DNA from: an uncultured Gemmatimonadales bacterium
GTDB taxonomy: Bacteria; Gemmatimonadota; Gemmatimonadetes; Gemmatimonadales; Gemmatimonadaceae
Reading direction: 5' to 3'
DNA: 64,000 bases
NCBI GenBank assembly: GCA_963850905.1
Contig: CAWKMU010000003.1
Coordinates: 96,001-160,000 of the forward strand
The stretch's first letter is position 1. Each line of letters starts with the position of its first letter. Below the pieces are notes generated by a model that saw only the letters and a program-made list of their open reading frames with translations, ran no database searches and was not told where the DNA came from. A program made the position numbers and the translations under genes. Of this stretch, positions 1 through 9,702 are shown one piece after another.

Positions 1-1669
1 ACACGCCCGGTCGTGCCGGCGCATCGAACGTCGTGCCCGAGAGCACGCGCACGCCGCCATCCGCGCTTTCGAGTTCTTCGGCGCCCAACGGTCGCCGGAT
101 GGTCGCACCAGGCGCGACGTCGAGGACGCCTGCGCCGCGCCCGCTCAGGATGCCGGTCGAACCAGCCAAGCGTTGGTCCAGCACATCGCCAATCCACGGT
201 ACGAATGCAGCCCGCAACGGCCACGTCGTCACAGCCGGATCGATCGGCAATGCAACGATCACGTACCCCGGACCCGCCACGATCCACGGTTGAGACCCGG
301 TGCGAGCCAGCGTGTCCGCTAAGGCGGTCGGCTGCGCCTGGAGCGGATACCGCACCTGTGCAGTCACGACGCCGCTACTGCTCGCGCTCTCGGGCGACGC
401 GATGACACCGTCGGACGATGCCAGCCCCTCGACCACGGCCTCACCGCGCGCCGGTGCACCAAATCGCCATGGCACGCCCGCGCGCTCGAGCGCCCGATTC
501 GCCGCGCCAAGACGCACCGGGTCGGTCGGCGCAGTGATGAAGGCGGGGAGGTCGGTCAGCCGGTCCGCGGGCACGACGGTCACTGTCTTGGCCGGCGGTT
601 TCGCCGGGCCTGCCGCCACACGCCCGCTCGCGATCAGCGCCTCGACCGCGCTGCGAAGAAATGGTCCCACCGCAGTGTCCGCGACGACCACCGGCGGTTC
701 GCCGATCCACATCGCGAAATAGCGGATGTCGTCGCCTCGCAGTTCGTCGGGCTCGAGCTCGACGGTCCCGGCCACCCAGCCACGCTCCGGCGGCGCCGCC
801 CGGACTGAGATCGCGCCCGCCCCGCTCGACGTGTCGCCCGTGGCGATTGCCACCGTTCCACGCGCCAGCGTGCGATTTCCGAGCGTGATGCGGTATGAGG
901 TGGAGTCATCGCCGCCTGGCGGCACGCGTCCAGTCACCGTGGCGCTGATCTCGCCGCGCGGGGTCCAGCGCACGGGGCGTGGCGCCGCGGCCGTGACGGC
1001 GCGATTACCGGGAGCCGCTGCGCCGAGTGCGTAGACCACCACGCGGACGCCATTCACCTCCGTCACGCCGGGCCACGCCGTGGCCTGACCATCAGTCACG
1101 ACCGCGACGACGGGATCGGCCACGCCCGATGAACGGGCCAGCGCTGCTCCGCGCGCCACGGCACGCGGCAAGTTGCCGGCACCGGCCAACGGTTCCGTCG
1201 CAGCGATCGCTGCGGAGATCGTGCCCGACCCACCCCCCTGTACGCGACCATCGGCAGTCACCAGCCACAGCCGGTCGGTGGCGTTCGCCTGCGCGGCGGC
1301 GCGCCGCGCGACCGCCTTGAGGCTCGCGAGCACCGGCTGGCCACCGACGATGACCGACGTGCTGAGCGAATTGTCCAGCACGATCGCGATCGCCGCCGGC
1401 GCATGACCAGCGCCGACGACCGTCCCCAGTGCGCGGCTCACAGGCCGCGCCGCGGCCAGGGCGACGCAGACGACCGCGAGCACCCGGATCAACATCAAGA
1501 GCATGTTGCGCAGCTTGAGTCGCCGGCTGTGCTCCTGCTCCGCGCGCGCGAGATACCGCACGGCGGGGAACTGGACTTTCATGCCCGTGCGGCGACGCAG
1601 CAGGTGGATGAGCAAGGGCACCGCGGCACCCAGGCCAAGCGCGAGGAACAGCGGTGAGAGAAAGCCCAT
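1..1669 (-). CDS. BatA-like N-terminal double-transmembrane domain protein (partial, runs off the left edge)
   Basis: Read by hand from ATG at 1669: MGFLSPLFLALGLGAAVPLLIHLLRRR...VQFPAVRYL...LRNMLLMLIRVLAVVCVALAAARP, the typical BatA N-terminal pattern. It follows a DUF58 gene, as in MoxR-type operons. Confidence 0.8.
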   Translation of the reverse strand, partial: MGFLSPLFLALGLGAAVPLLIHLLRRRTGMKVQFPAVRYLARAEQEHSRRLKLRNMLLMLIRVLAVVCVALAAARPVSRALGTVVGAGHAPAAIAIVLDNSLSTSVIVGGQPVLASLKAVARRAAAQANATDRLWLVTADGRVQGGGSGTISAAIAATEPLAGAGNLPRAVARGAALARSSGVADPVVAVVTDGQATAWPGVTEVNGVRVVVYALGAAAPGNRAVTAAAPRPVRWTPRGEISATVTGRVPPGGDDSTSYRITLGNRTLARGTVAIATGDTSSGAGAISVRAAPPERGWVAGTVELEPDELRGDDIRYFAMWIGEPPVVVADTAVGPFLRSAVEALIASGRVAAGPAKPPAKTVTVVPADRLTDLPAFITAPTDPVRLGAANRALERAGVPWRFGAPARGEAVVEGLASSDGVIASPESASSSGVVTAQVRYPLQAQPTALADTLARTGSQPWIVAGPGYVIVALPIDPAVTTWPLRAAFVPWIGDVLDQRLAGSTGILSGRGAGVLDVAPGATIRRPLGAEELESADGGVRVLSGTTFDAPARPGV

Positions 1670-1680
1670 GATCAGGTCGC

Positions 1681-2604
1681 CTAGTGACCCGTGTCCTGTC
1701 GCGCGGCAAACGCGCGCCGGAGCGGCGCGCCGAAGGGCGCGTCCGTCATCACGATCTCGTAACGCCCGCCACTGCGTGCGAACACCGCGCGCCACTCAGC
1801 CAACGCTTCGGCCACCGTCGCCCGGTAGGCCTCGCGCACTTCGGCGACGGCCGCCGGCACCATCTCACCGCTCTCCGGGTCGACGAAGAGCGCGTCACCG
1901 GTGATGGCGAGATCCCGTTCGCCTGGATCGAGGATGTGTAACGCGACCACGTCGTGCCCCGCGGCCCGGACTGCCCGGATCGCCCGATCGACCGGCTCCA
2001 CGTCCGTCAGGAGATCGGAAACGAGCACCACGAGACCCGGACGCCGCATGAGACGCCCGGCGTGCAGCAGTGCCTCGCCTGCCACCGATTGACGGGCGCC
2101 GGCTCCCTCATCGTCGCGCAAACGCTCCAGCGCGCTCACGAGCCGGCCCCATTGCGTCATGCGCGCCTTCGGGACGAGCGTGTCACGGACCTGCTCATCG
2201 AAGCACACCAGGCCGACCGCGTCGCGCTGCCGCAGGAGCAGCAGCGCCAGCGCAGCGGTCAGCCGCTCCGCGTAGGCAATTTTTGTGAGGCGGCTGGGCG
2301 CCCCGCGCCAGACCATCGAGGGGCTCACGTCGAGCACGAGGAGCGAGCGGAGGTTTGTCTCCTCCTCGAACTGCTTCACGAACCAGCGGTCGGATCGCGC
2401 CGCCATTCGCCAGTCGACGTACCGCAGGTCATCGCCCGGCTGGTAGGGCCGATGCTCCGCGAATTCGACGGAGAAACCCTTCCGCGGTGACCGGTGCAAG
2501 CCGGTGAGAAATCCGTCGACCACCCAGCGCGCAACGACCTCAATGCGGCCCATCGAGGCGAGTGTCGCTGGGTCGAACAGATCCGCGCGCGATGTGCCGT
2601 CCAT
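1681..2604 (-). CDS. DUF58 domain protein (MoxR-associated, vWA-like)
   Basis: Motifs GLHRSPRKGFSVEFAEHRPYQPGDDLRYVDW, VKQFEEE, LDVSPSM, VSDL. Start chosen at ATG 2604. Confidence 0.9.
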   Translation of the reverse strand: MDGTSRADLFDPATLASMGRIEVVARWVVDGFLTGLHRSPRKGFSVEFAEHRPYQPGDDLRYVDWRMAARSDRWFVKQFEEETNLRSLLVLDVSPSMVWRGAPSRLTKIAYAERLTAALALLLLRQRDAVGLVCFDEQVRDTLVPKARMTQWGRLVSALERLRDDEGAGARQSVAGEALLHAGRLMRRPGLVVLVSDLLTDVEPVDRAIRAVRAAGHDVVALHILDPGERDLAITGDALFVDPESGEMVPAAVAEVREAYRATVAEALAEWRAVFARSGGRYEIVMTDAPFGAPLRRAFAARQDTGH

Positions 2605-2665
2605 GTGAGACTCGAAACGTAGATGTCCGTCGTGCCCGGACGCCACCCCGTATATTTCTCGGATT

Positions 2666-4465
2666 GTGACATCGCTTGCTCACATCCGCAATTTCTGCAT
2701 CGTCGCGCACATCGATCACGGCAAGTCGACCCTGGCTGACCGCCTCATCGAGGCGACAGGGACGATCGAGAAGCGCGACATGAAGGATCAGGTGCTCGAC
2801 ACGCTCGACCTCGAGCGCGAGCGCGGCATCACCATCAAGTTGAATGCCGTGCGGATGAGCTACGCCGCGTCCGACGGCGTGACGTATGAGCTCAACCTCA
2901 TCGACACGCCGGGCCACGTCGACTTTACGTACGAGGTGTCACGGTCGCTGGCCGCATGCGAGGGCGCGATCCTGGTCGTCGATGCCTCGCAGGGCATCCA
3001 GGCCCAGACGCTGTCGAACTTGTTCCTCGCGCTCGATGCCGGCCTGACCATCATCCCGATCCTCAACAAGATCGACCTGCCAGGCGCCGAGCCCGAGCGG
3101 CGACGCCAGGAGGTCATGGATCTGCTAGGCGCCGGCGCCGATGAGATCCTGCTGGTGAGCGCCAAGGAGGGGATCGGCGTCCACGAGTTGTTGGAACGGA
3201 TCGTCACGCACGTGCCACACCCGACAGGCGACCCCGACGGGCCGCTCCGCGCCCTCATCTTCGATTCCTACTACGACCGCTATCGCGGAGCGATCCCATC
3301 GGTGCGCGTCGTCGATGGGACACTCAAGCCCGGCATGCAGATCACCTTCGGCACCGGCGACGCGCAATACGACGTCGCAGAGGTCGGCTGCAACCGGCTG
3401 CGTCAGGTCCCGACGCCAGCCCTGGAGCCCGGCGAGGTCGGCTACGTCGTCGCCAACGTGCGCCATGTAACGGAGACACGCGTCGGCGACACGATCTTCG
3501 ACGCCAACCGCCCCGGGGCTGCGCCCCTGCCCGGCTATCGGGAAGTGCGATCAATGGTGTTCGCCGGTCTGTACCCGACCGACACCGCGGCCTACGAGAA
3601 CCTCCGCGACGCACTCGAGAAACTGCAGCTCAACGACGCATCGCTGCAGTACGAGCCGGAGACCTCGACGGCCTTGGGATTCGGCTTCCGCGCGGGCTTC
3701 CTCGGACTCTTGCACATGGAAATCGTGCAGGAACGCCTCGAGCGCGAATTCGATCTCGACCTCGTGACGACGGTGCCAAGTGTCGAATACAAGGTCTACC
3801 GGCACGACGGCACGGTCTTCCTGCTCGAGAATCCGTCTCGCATGCCGCACGGCTCGGAAATCGACCACGTCGAGGAGCCGTTCGTGAAGGCGCGCATCGT
3901 CGCGCCCGCGGACTACATCGGGCCGATCATGACACTCGTGAACGAGCGGCGCGGCGTGTACAAGAACATGAGCTACATCGACACGCAGCGCGTCGAGTTC
4001 GACTTCGAGTTCCCGCTCGCCGAGATCATTCTGGACTTCTATGATCGCCTGAAGACGATCAGCCGCGGCTACGCCAGTCTCGATTACGAGATGCTGGAAT
4101 ACCGTGAGAGTGACCTCGTGAAGCTGGACATGCTGATCAACGGCGACCCGGTCGACGCATTCTCGGTCATCATCCACCGCGACAAGGCCTATGACTGGGG
4201 CCGAAAGATCGCGGACAAGCTGAAAGAGCTGATCCCGCGGCAGCTCTTCGAGGTGATCATTCAGGCGGCGATTGGCACCAAGGTCATCGCACGCACTACC
4301 GTGCGCCCGCTCCGCAAGAACGTCCTCGCCAAATGCTATGGCGGCGACATCACGCGGAAGCGCAAGCTCCTCGAGAAGCAAAAGGAAGGAAAGCGGCGGA
4401 TGAAGCAAGTCGGCACCGTCGAGATCCCCCAGGAGGCTTTCCTCGCCGTCCTGCAAGTCGACTGA
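2666..4465 (+). CDS. lepA: Elongation factor 4 (LepA)
   Basis: [53 protein letters not shown]; 599 aa. Confidence 0.99.
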   Translation: MTSLAHIRNFCIVAHIDHGKSTLADRLIEATGTIEKRDMKDQVLDTLDLERERGITIKLNAVRMSYAASDGVTYELNLIDTPGHVDFTYEVSRSLAACEGAILVVDASQGIQAQTLSNLFLALDAGLTIIPILNKIDLPGAEPERRRQEVMDLLGAGADEILLVSAKEGIGVHELLERIVTHVPHPTGDPDGPLRALIFDSYYDRYRGAIPSVRVVDGTLKPGMQITFGTGDAQYDVAEVGCNRLRQVPTPALEPGEVGYVVANVRHVTETRVGDTIFDANRPGAAPLPGYREVRSMVFAGLYPTDTAAYENLRDALEKLQLNDASLQYEPETSTALGFGFRAGFLGLLHMEIVQERLEREFDLDLVTTVPSVEYKVYRHDGTVFLLENPSRMPHGSEIDHVEEPFVKARIVAPADYIGPIMTLVNERRGVYKNMSYIDTQRVEFDFEFPLAEIILDFYDRLKTISRGYASLDYEMLEYRESDLVKLDMLINGDPVDAFSVIIHRDKAYDWGRKIADKLKELIPRQLFEVIIQAAIGTKVIARTTVRPLRKNVLAKCYGGDITRKRKLLEKQKEGKRRMKQVGTVEIPQEAFLAVLQVD

Positions 4466-4494
4466 CCATCAGGCACCCTGCCAGGCTGTCGGTC

Positions 4495-5640
4495 GTGGCC
4501 CCTCATCCCCTTTCTCCCTTCTCCTCTCGCCTTTCTACGCGGCCAAAGGCCGCGTCGTCACCCGCCTCTTCCCTCGTCATCCAAACCAGCTTCCTCGGTG
4601 ACGTCATTCTCACGACCCCACTCCTCGCCGCCCTGGCGCGCCGCGGACCAGTCGATGTCGTGACGACACCCGCCGCGGCGGCGATCCTCGCCAACCATCC
4701 CGCGGTGCGTTCGGTCTTTCCATATGACAAACGGGGCGACGCCGCCGGCTTGCCAGGCATGTGGCGACTCGCGCGGAGTCTGCGCAAACGCTACCGCACA
4801 CGGCGAGGAGACTCGATCGCCGCGGAAGACCGTGACGGGGCCATGCCGGTCGCATACCTCGCACAAGGCTCAATGCGAAGCGCCACGCTCGCCCTCCTGG
4901 TCGGCTGCGAGGAGCGGGTCGGTTTCGAGACATCGACCGGGCGAGCCCTGTATACGCGCTGCGTCACGTATGATCCGCAGCGACACCACGCCGAGCGCCT
5001 CTGGCAGCTCGGCGCGGGCGAGAGCGCTGGCGACCCACCCGCCGAGGCACGGCAGCCACGCCTGTATCCGGGACCCGACGACGTCGAGGCAGTAGACCGA
5101 TTGCTCCTCCAGGCGCGCTACGCCGGTGAGCCGCTCGTCGCGGTCGCGCCCGGCAGTGCCTGGGCCACGAAACGGTGGCCGTATTACCCGGCGCTCACGT
5201 CCGCTCTCCTGCCGGAGTGGCGCGTCGTCGTCGTGGGCGGCCCGTCGGACCAGTCTCGGGCAGCTGAGATCATCACGGCCGCGGGACGCACCCGCGCCCG
5301 GGTCATCGATGCGACCGGCCGTCTCACCCCACTCGCCACCGCGGCGCTCCTGAGCCGGTGCTCAGCTGTGGTCACCAACGATTCCATGCCGCAGCATCTC
5401 GCGTCCGCGATGGGTACGCCGACCGTGTCGATCTTCGGGCCGACGGTCCCGGAGTTCGGCTTCGGACCGCTCGCGCCGCGCCAGGCAATCGCGGGACATG
5501 CCAGTCTCCCCTGCCGACCCTGCGACCGCCACGGCCCCCAACGGTGCCCGCTGGGCCACTGGCGATGTATGCGAGAAATTAGCGTCGCCGATGTTGTACG
5601 CATGGTCGCGCACGTCGCGTCAACACCGCACCTTTCCTGA
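4495..5640 (+). CDS. Glycosyltransferase family 9 (LPS heptosyltransferase II-like)
   Basis: LVIQTSFLGDVILTTPL, APGSAWATKRWP, VVTNDS, SIFGPT, Cys motif CRPC...CPLGHWRCM. Start uncertain. Confidence 0.88.
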   Translation: MAPHPLSPFSSRLSTRPKAASSPASSLVIQTSFLGDVILTTPLLAALARRGPVDVVTTPAAAAILANHPAVRSVFPYDKRGDAAGLPGMWRLARSLRKRYRTRRGDSIAAEDRDGAMPVAYLAQGSMRSATLALLVGCEERVGFETSTGRALYTRCVTYDPQRHHAERLWQLGAGESAGDPPAEARQPRLYPGPDDVEAVDRLLLQARYAGEPLVAVAPGSAWATKRWPYYPALTSALLPEWRVVVVGGPSDQSRAAEIITAAGRTRARVIDATGRLTPLATAALLSRCSAVVTNDSMPQHLASAMGTPTVSIFGPTVPEFGFGPLAPRQAIAGHASLPCRPCDRHGPQRCPLGHWRCMREISVADVVRMVAHVASTPHLS

Positions 5641-5699
5641 TCCGCCACGAGCACCAGCCGCCGATCACCAACCACGTATTGGCCTTTGAGATTCGGTGC

Positions 5700-5734
5700 A
5701 ACGTCCAACGTCTAATGTCCAACGTCTAACGTCC
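5700..5734 (+). repeat. Heptamer tandem repeat (AACGTCY)x5
   Basis: aacgtcc aacgtct aatgtcc aacgtct aacgtcc, ending 2 nt before the ROK ATG. Confidence 0.9.
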
Positions 5735-5736
5735 CC

Positions 5737-6756
5737 ATGTCCTCGAAGCCACGCCAGCGCTACATCGTAGGCGTTGATCTGGGCGGGACCAATATCGTCG
5801 TCGGTGCGATGCCGGCCGACGGCGGTCGTGAGCACGTCGTCCGCTCGCAGCCGACGCAGCCGGAACGCGGCGCCGACGCAGTCGTGGACCGCATCGCCCA
5901 GATGGTCGAGGAGATCATCACCGAGACGAGCGCGGCGACCGGTGCGACGCGGGACGATTTCTTGGGCGTCGGGATCGGATCACCTGGTCCGCTCGATCGC
6001 CACAGCGGCATCGTCATCATGACGCCCAACCTCGGCTGGCGCGATTTCCCGCTGCGTGATGCCGTCGCTTCGCGGGTTGGCCTGCCATCCACCTTGGATA
6101 ACGACGCCAACTGTGCCACGGTCGGGGAATGGTGGTGTGGCGCCGCGCGCGGTGCGCGCCACGTCATCGGCGTCACGATCGGGACGGGTATCGGCGGCGG
6201 CCTGATCATCGGCGGAGAGCTCTACCACGGCGCCTCCGATGTCGCCGGCGAGATCGGCCACACGACCATCGACTCGACGGGGCGCCGCTGCAAGTGCGGC
6301 AACTATGGCTGCCTCGAGGCGTACGCGTCCGGCCCTGCCATCGCCGAGCGCGCTCGTGAGGCCCTCGACGACGGTGAGGCATCGTTGCTGCGCGACCTCG
6401 TCGATGGCGACCTCTCGCGGCTCACGGCGCGCTACGTCTACGACGCATCGACGCGGGGTGACCCGATCGCGCGCGAGGTCGTGCGCGACACTGCACGATT
6501 CCTCGGTGCCGGTCTCGCGAACCTCCTCAACATCTTCAATCCCGATGTCGTGGTTCTGGCTGGGGGCGTGACCGACGCAGGCGACGCCCTGTTCGAGCCG
6601 CTGCGCGGCGAAATCCGCCGTCGTGCCTTCCGCCCGGCGGTCGACGCCTGTCGCATCGTCCCCGGCGCCCTAGGTGGGTCCGCCGGAGTCATCGGCGCCA
6701 TCGCAACGTTCAAGATGCAAAGGATGGGCGGCGTCGCGGGCGATCGTGTCGTCTGA
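5737..6756 (+). CDS. ROK family sugar kinase (glucokinase-like)
   Basis: GVDLGGT, DNDAN, GTGIGGG, GEIGH, CKCGNYGCLEAYASG. Confidence 0.93.
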   Translation: MSSKPRQRYIVGVDLGGTNIVVGAMPADGGREHVVRSQPTQPERGADAVVDRIAQMVEEIITETSAATGATRDDFLGVGIGSPGPLDRHSGIVIMTPNLGWRDFPLRDAVASRVGLPSTLDNDANCATVGEWWCGAARGARHVIGVTIGTGIGGGLIIGGELYHGASDVAGEIGHTTIDSTGRRCKCGNYGCLEAYASGPAIAERAREALDDGEASLLRDLVDGDLSRLTARYVYDASTRGDPIAREVVRDTARFLGAGLANLLNIFNPDVVVLAGGVTDAGDALFEPLRGEIRRRAFRPAVDACRIVPGALGGSAGVIGAIATFKMQRMGGVAGDRVV

Positions 6757-7801
6757 TCGATCGGAACACGAGGGGCGCGAGAGCCCGGCCATCCCGCCCG
6801 TTCGCCGGCCGGGCCGTCGGCGAGTCGGCGTGCTCGGCACCTTCGTCTGGGACATCATCTATGGACGAGACCCGCGCACAGGGCCAGTCGAGGAATGGGG
6901 CGGCATCACCTACGCCCTGAGCGCCTTCGACGCGGCGTTGAGCCGCGATTGGGAAGTGGTTCCGGTGATCAAGGTAGGCTCCGATCTGGCGCGCCGCGCT
7001 CGCGACTACCTCTCCACACTCCACCGCATCGCACCGGATGCCGCCCTCGTCGAGGTGGCGGCCCCCAACAATCGGGTCGAGCTGCGATACCAGAGCGCCG
7101 AGCGGCGCACTGAGGTACTCTCCGGTGGTGTGCCACCGTGGACGTGGACCGGGCTTGTCCCACTGCTCCGGGATCTGGACGCGCTGTATGTAAACTTCAT
7201 CAGCGGTCTCGAGATGGACCTCGAGACAATGCAGCTGCTACGGCAGTACTTTCGCGGTCCTATCTATTGTGATCTGCATTCATTGTTGCTCGCGATTCAA
7301 CCGGATGGCCTCCGCACGCCGCGTCCACTCGCAGGGGTGCCGGGGTGGTGCCGCTGCGCAGATCTTCTCCAGGTGAACGAGGACGAGATGGCGTTGCTCG
7401 CCCCTGACGCCATGGGACTGGCTGCCACGGCGCTCGGCGTCGGTGTGCGGTGTCTCAGTGTCACGCTCGGGAGTCGAGGCGTGGTCTACTTCGCTCCCGC
7501 CAACTTCGATCGTCTCGCCGACCTCGGGTCACCGGGCCCGCCGCGCGCCCTCGGCACGTTGCAAGGCCCCGTGCGGACCGCCCTGGTGCCGGCAGTGCCA
7601 CCGCCGACGGCGCTCGGTGAGACCGGCGATCCCACTGGCTGCGGTGATGTCTGGGGCGCTACCTATTTCTCTCGACTGCTCGCGGGTGATATGTTAGCCG
7701 ACGCGATGCAAGCAGCGGTGATTGCCGCGGCCCGCAACGTCGGCCACCGGGGTGCGTCCGGTCTGGCCCATCATCTTCGTGGAGAGCTGAGCCCCCGGTG
7801 A
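6746..7801 (+). CDS. PfkB/ribokinase family carbohydrate kinase
   Basis: N-terminal WGGITY, VNEDE, VTLGSRG and the C-terminal signature DPTGCGDVWGA. The GTG start overlaps the end of the ROK gene. Confidence 0.78.
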   Translation: MSSDRSEHEGRESPAIPPVRRPGRRRVGVLGTFVWDIIYGRDPRTGPVEEWGGITYALSAFDAALSRDWEVVPVIKVGSDLARRARDYLSTLHRIAPDAALVEVAAPNNRVELRYQSAERRTEVLSGGVPPWTWTGLVPLLRDLDALYVNFISGLEMDLETMQLLRQYFRGPIYCDLHSLLLAIQPDGLRTPRPLAGVPGWCRCADLLQVNEDEMALLAPDAMGLAATALGVGVRCLSVTLGSRGVVYFAPANFDRLADLGSPGPPRALGTLQGPVRTALVPAVPPPTALGETGDPTGCGDVWGATYFSRLLAGDMLADAMQAAVIAAARNVGHRGASGLAHHLRGELSPR

Positions 7802-8745
7802 CGACCGTCATTGCCGTGCCACCGTCGCTGGACGACGTCACCTTCGAGCAGGTGCTCGAGCGTGTGGCGCCACTCGGCCCCGACGACAAGCTCCTCATCG
7901 ATGCCCGTCACGTCCGGTGGGCATCACCGTACGGACTGACGGCGCTGCTCACACTCGCGCAGACCCGCGAAGCACGCCCCGGCCTGACGCCGCCGGAGGC
8001 CGACGAGACCCTCTCGTACTGGACCCGGACCGGTTTCTTCCGCTACGCCGAGGAACTGTTCGAGATACACGGCACCGTGCCGCGTGCCCGCCTGAACTCC
8101 GAGTCCAATGTCCTGCTCGAGATCACGCCGGTCGCGAAGAGTGCCGACGTGCATGAGGTCGTTGATCGGATCCAGCAACGCGCCCAACAGATTCTCTCCC
8201 GAGAGCTCAACATCGACGCCCAAGCCTCTGTCAGATTTGTGATGACGTTGTCCGAAGTGTGTCAGAACGTCGTCGAGCATGCGGGGCGCGGCGGCTGGGT
8301 TGCGGTGCAGACGTACCGATGGCAGCGGCGCTTGGGTCGTCGCGTCGTGCAGATCGCCGTGTGCGACGCGGGCATCGGGTTTCGGCGATCCCTCGAGAGC
8401 ACGCCGGGGCGCGTGCTGACCGACCGCTGGGATGATGGAATGGCGCTCGAGGAAGCGGTCATCCGAGGCGTCAGTCGCTTCCGCGACCGCGGACGCGGAC
8501 AGGGCCTCGCCGGGGCGCGCAATTTCCTCGGCAAGTGGGAGGGCAAGTTGTCAGTGCGCAGCGGGACGGCGCGCATCACGATCGTACCGCAGTGGGACGA
8601 CGATGCCCCGCTGCTCGAGGGCCTTCCCCCGTTCCCCGGGTCGCAGGTCCAGATCACGATTCCGGAGCGCGCGGTCGACGCGCAAACGCAGGAAGCGGCC
8701 GACACGGCCAAGGCCGCGAGCCGCACGCGGAGGACGCCGTCGTGA
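7798..8745 (+). CDS. STAS-like plus HATPase_c protein (anti-sigma-type Ser kinase-like)
   Basis: N-terminal IDARHVRWASPYGLTALL (STAS-like); GHKL boxes SEVCQNVVEHA, DAGIG, GRGQGL, FPGSQVQITIP. No His phosphoacceptor helix is evident. Confidence 0.8.
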   Translation: MTTVIAVPPSLDDVTFEQVLERVAPLGPDDKLLIDARHVRWASPYGLTALLTLAQTREARPGLTPPEADETLSYWTRTGFFRYAEELFEIHGTVPRARLNSESNVLLEITPVAKSADVHEVVDRIQQRAQQILSRELNIDAQASVRFVMTLSEVCQNVVEHAGRGGWVAVQTYRWQRRLGRRVVQIAVCDAGIGFRRSLESTPGRVLTDRWDDGMALEEAVIRGVSRFRDRGRGQGLAGARNFLGKWEGKLSVRSGTARITIVPQWDDDAPLLEGLPPFPGSQVQITIPERAVDAQTQEAADTAKAASRTRRTPS

Positions 8746-9338
8746 TCCAGCACATCGACTTGAGCTCGGTCCTGCGACGATCGGTGTGCGATCTGTACTC
8801 CAACCTGGTGACACGCCCGACAGGCGCCGCGGTGCGGTCGGAGATCGAACAGCTCGTGGTGGGCACTCCAAGCCCATCGCTCACAGTCATCGATTTCTCC
8901 AACGTCGGCCTCCTCGACTACTCCTGCGCAGACGAAGTCGTCGCCAAGCTGCTCCTGCGGTTCGCACCCGGAGTCGCGCCGTGCGACGCCTACTTCCTCT
9001 TCCGCGGCATGCAAGAGTGGCATCTCAATGCCATCGAGGCGGCACTGGATCGCTACGACCTGGCGCTCGTGCTCGAGGCGGGAGATGGCACGGCAGTGTT
9101 GGTCGGCGCGATCGCCGACGAAGAACATCGGATTTGGGAAGCCGTGTACCAGTCCGGCGCGGCCGACGCGGCCGCGGTGGCGGCGTCGATCGGAGGGGAT
9201 GCGCCCACAGCAGAACAGGTGCTTCAGTCGCTCTCGGCGCGACGCCTGCTCATGTACCTCGACCAACAGTATTTCCCCCTGGCGTCACACCCGGCACCCT
9301 CGCGGGCGGTCTCCACGCCTGGCCACTGGAATGGGTGA
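8742..9338 (+). CDS. STAS-like (DUF4325-type) protein with putative C-terminal winged helix
   Basis: TRPTGAAVR...IDFSNVGLLDYSCADEVVAKLL; C-terminal AAAVAASIGGDAPTAEQVLQSLSARRLLMY. GTG overlaps the upstream TGA. Confidence 0.7.
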   Translation: MIQHIDLSSVLRRSVCDLYSNLVTRPTGAAVRSEIEQLVVGTPSPSLTVIDFSNVGLLDYSCADEVVAKLLLRFAPGVAPCDAYFLFRGMQEWHLNAIEAALDRYDLALVLEAGDGTAVLVGAIADEEHRIWEAVYQSGAADAAAVAASIGGDAPTAEQVLQSLSARRLLMYLDQQYFPLASHPAPSRAVSTPGHWNG

Positions 9339-9630
9339 GACGTACAGCCCGCCGCTCCAGGTTGTGGGCTTCGTCGCGACCCGCCGCGGCGACAAGGACC
9401 GGGGGCCGCAGGTTCGCATGCGGGCCGACGAAGCAGCCATTCGGCTCCTGGCCGACGGCGAGCTCGTGCGGATCGAGGGTCCGCGTCGTCAGGAGTTCGC
9501 GGTGCTCCGCGTCGACAACGAGTTGCCTCGGGGCGCGGTAGTCGTGCGTGACGTGGCGGGCGTCGCGCCGTCCGAAGTGGTACGGGTGCGTAAGGTCGAG
9601 ACCGAGCTGCCCCCACGGACCGTAGGCTGA
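9331..9630 (+). CDS. Small stand-alone double-psi beta-barrel protein (molybdopterin dinucleotide-binding-like)
   Basis: VRMRADEAAIRLLADGELVRIEGPR...LRVDNELPRGAVVV matches that domain pattern; 99 aa. Confidence 0.65.
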   Translation: MGETYSPPLQVVGFVATRRGDKDRGPQVRMRADEAAIRLLADGELVRIEGPRRQEFAVLRVDNELPRGAVVVRDVAGVAPSEVVRVRKVETELPPRTVG

Positions 9631-9702
9631 CCCGCTCCAACCCGCGCACCGCTCACCGACTCCTCACCTCACGCCCAACTCCTTACCCCGGCTTCATCGA
9701 CT

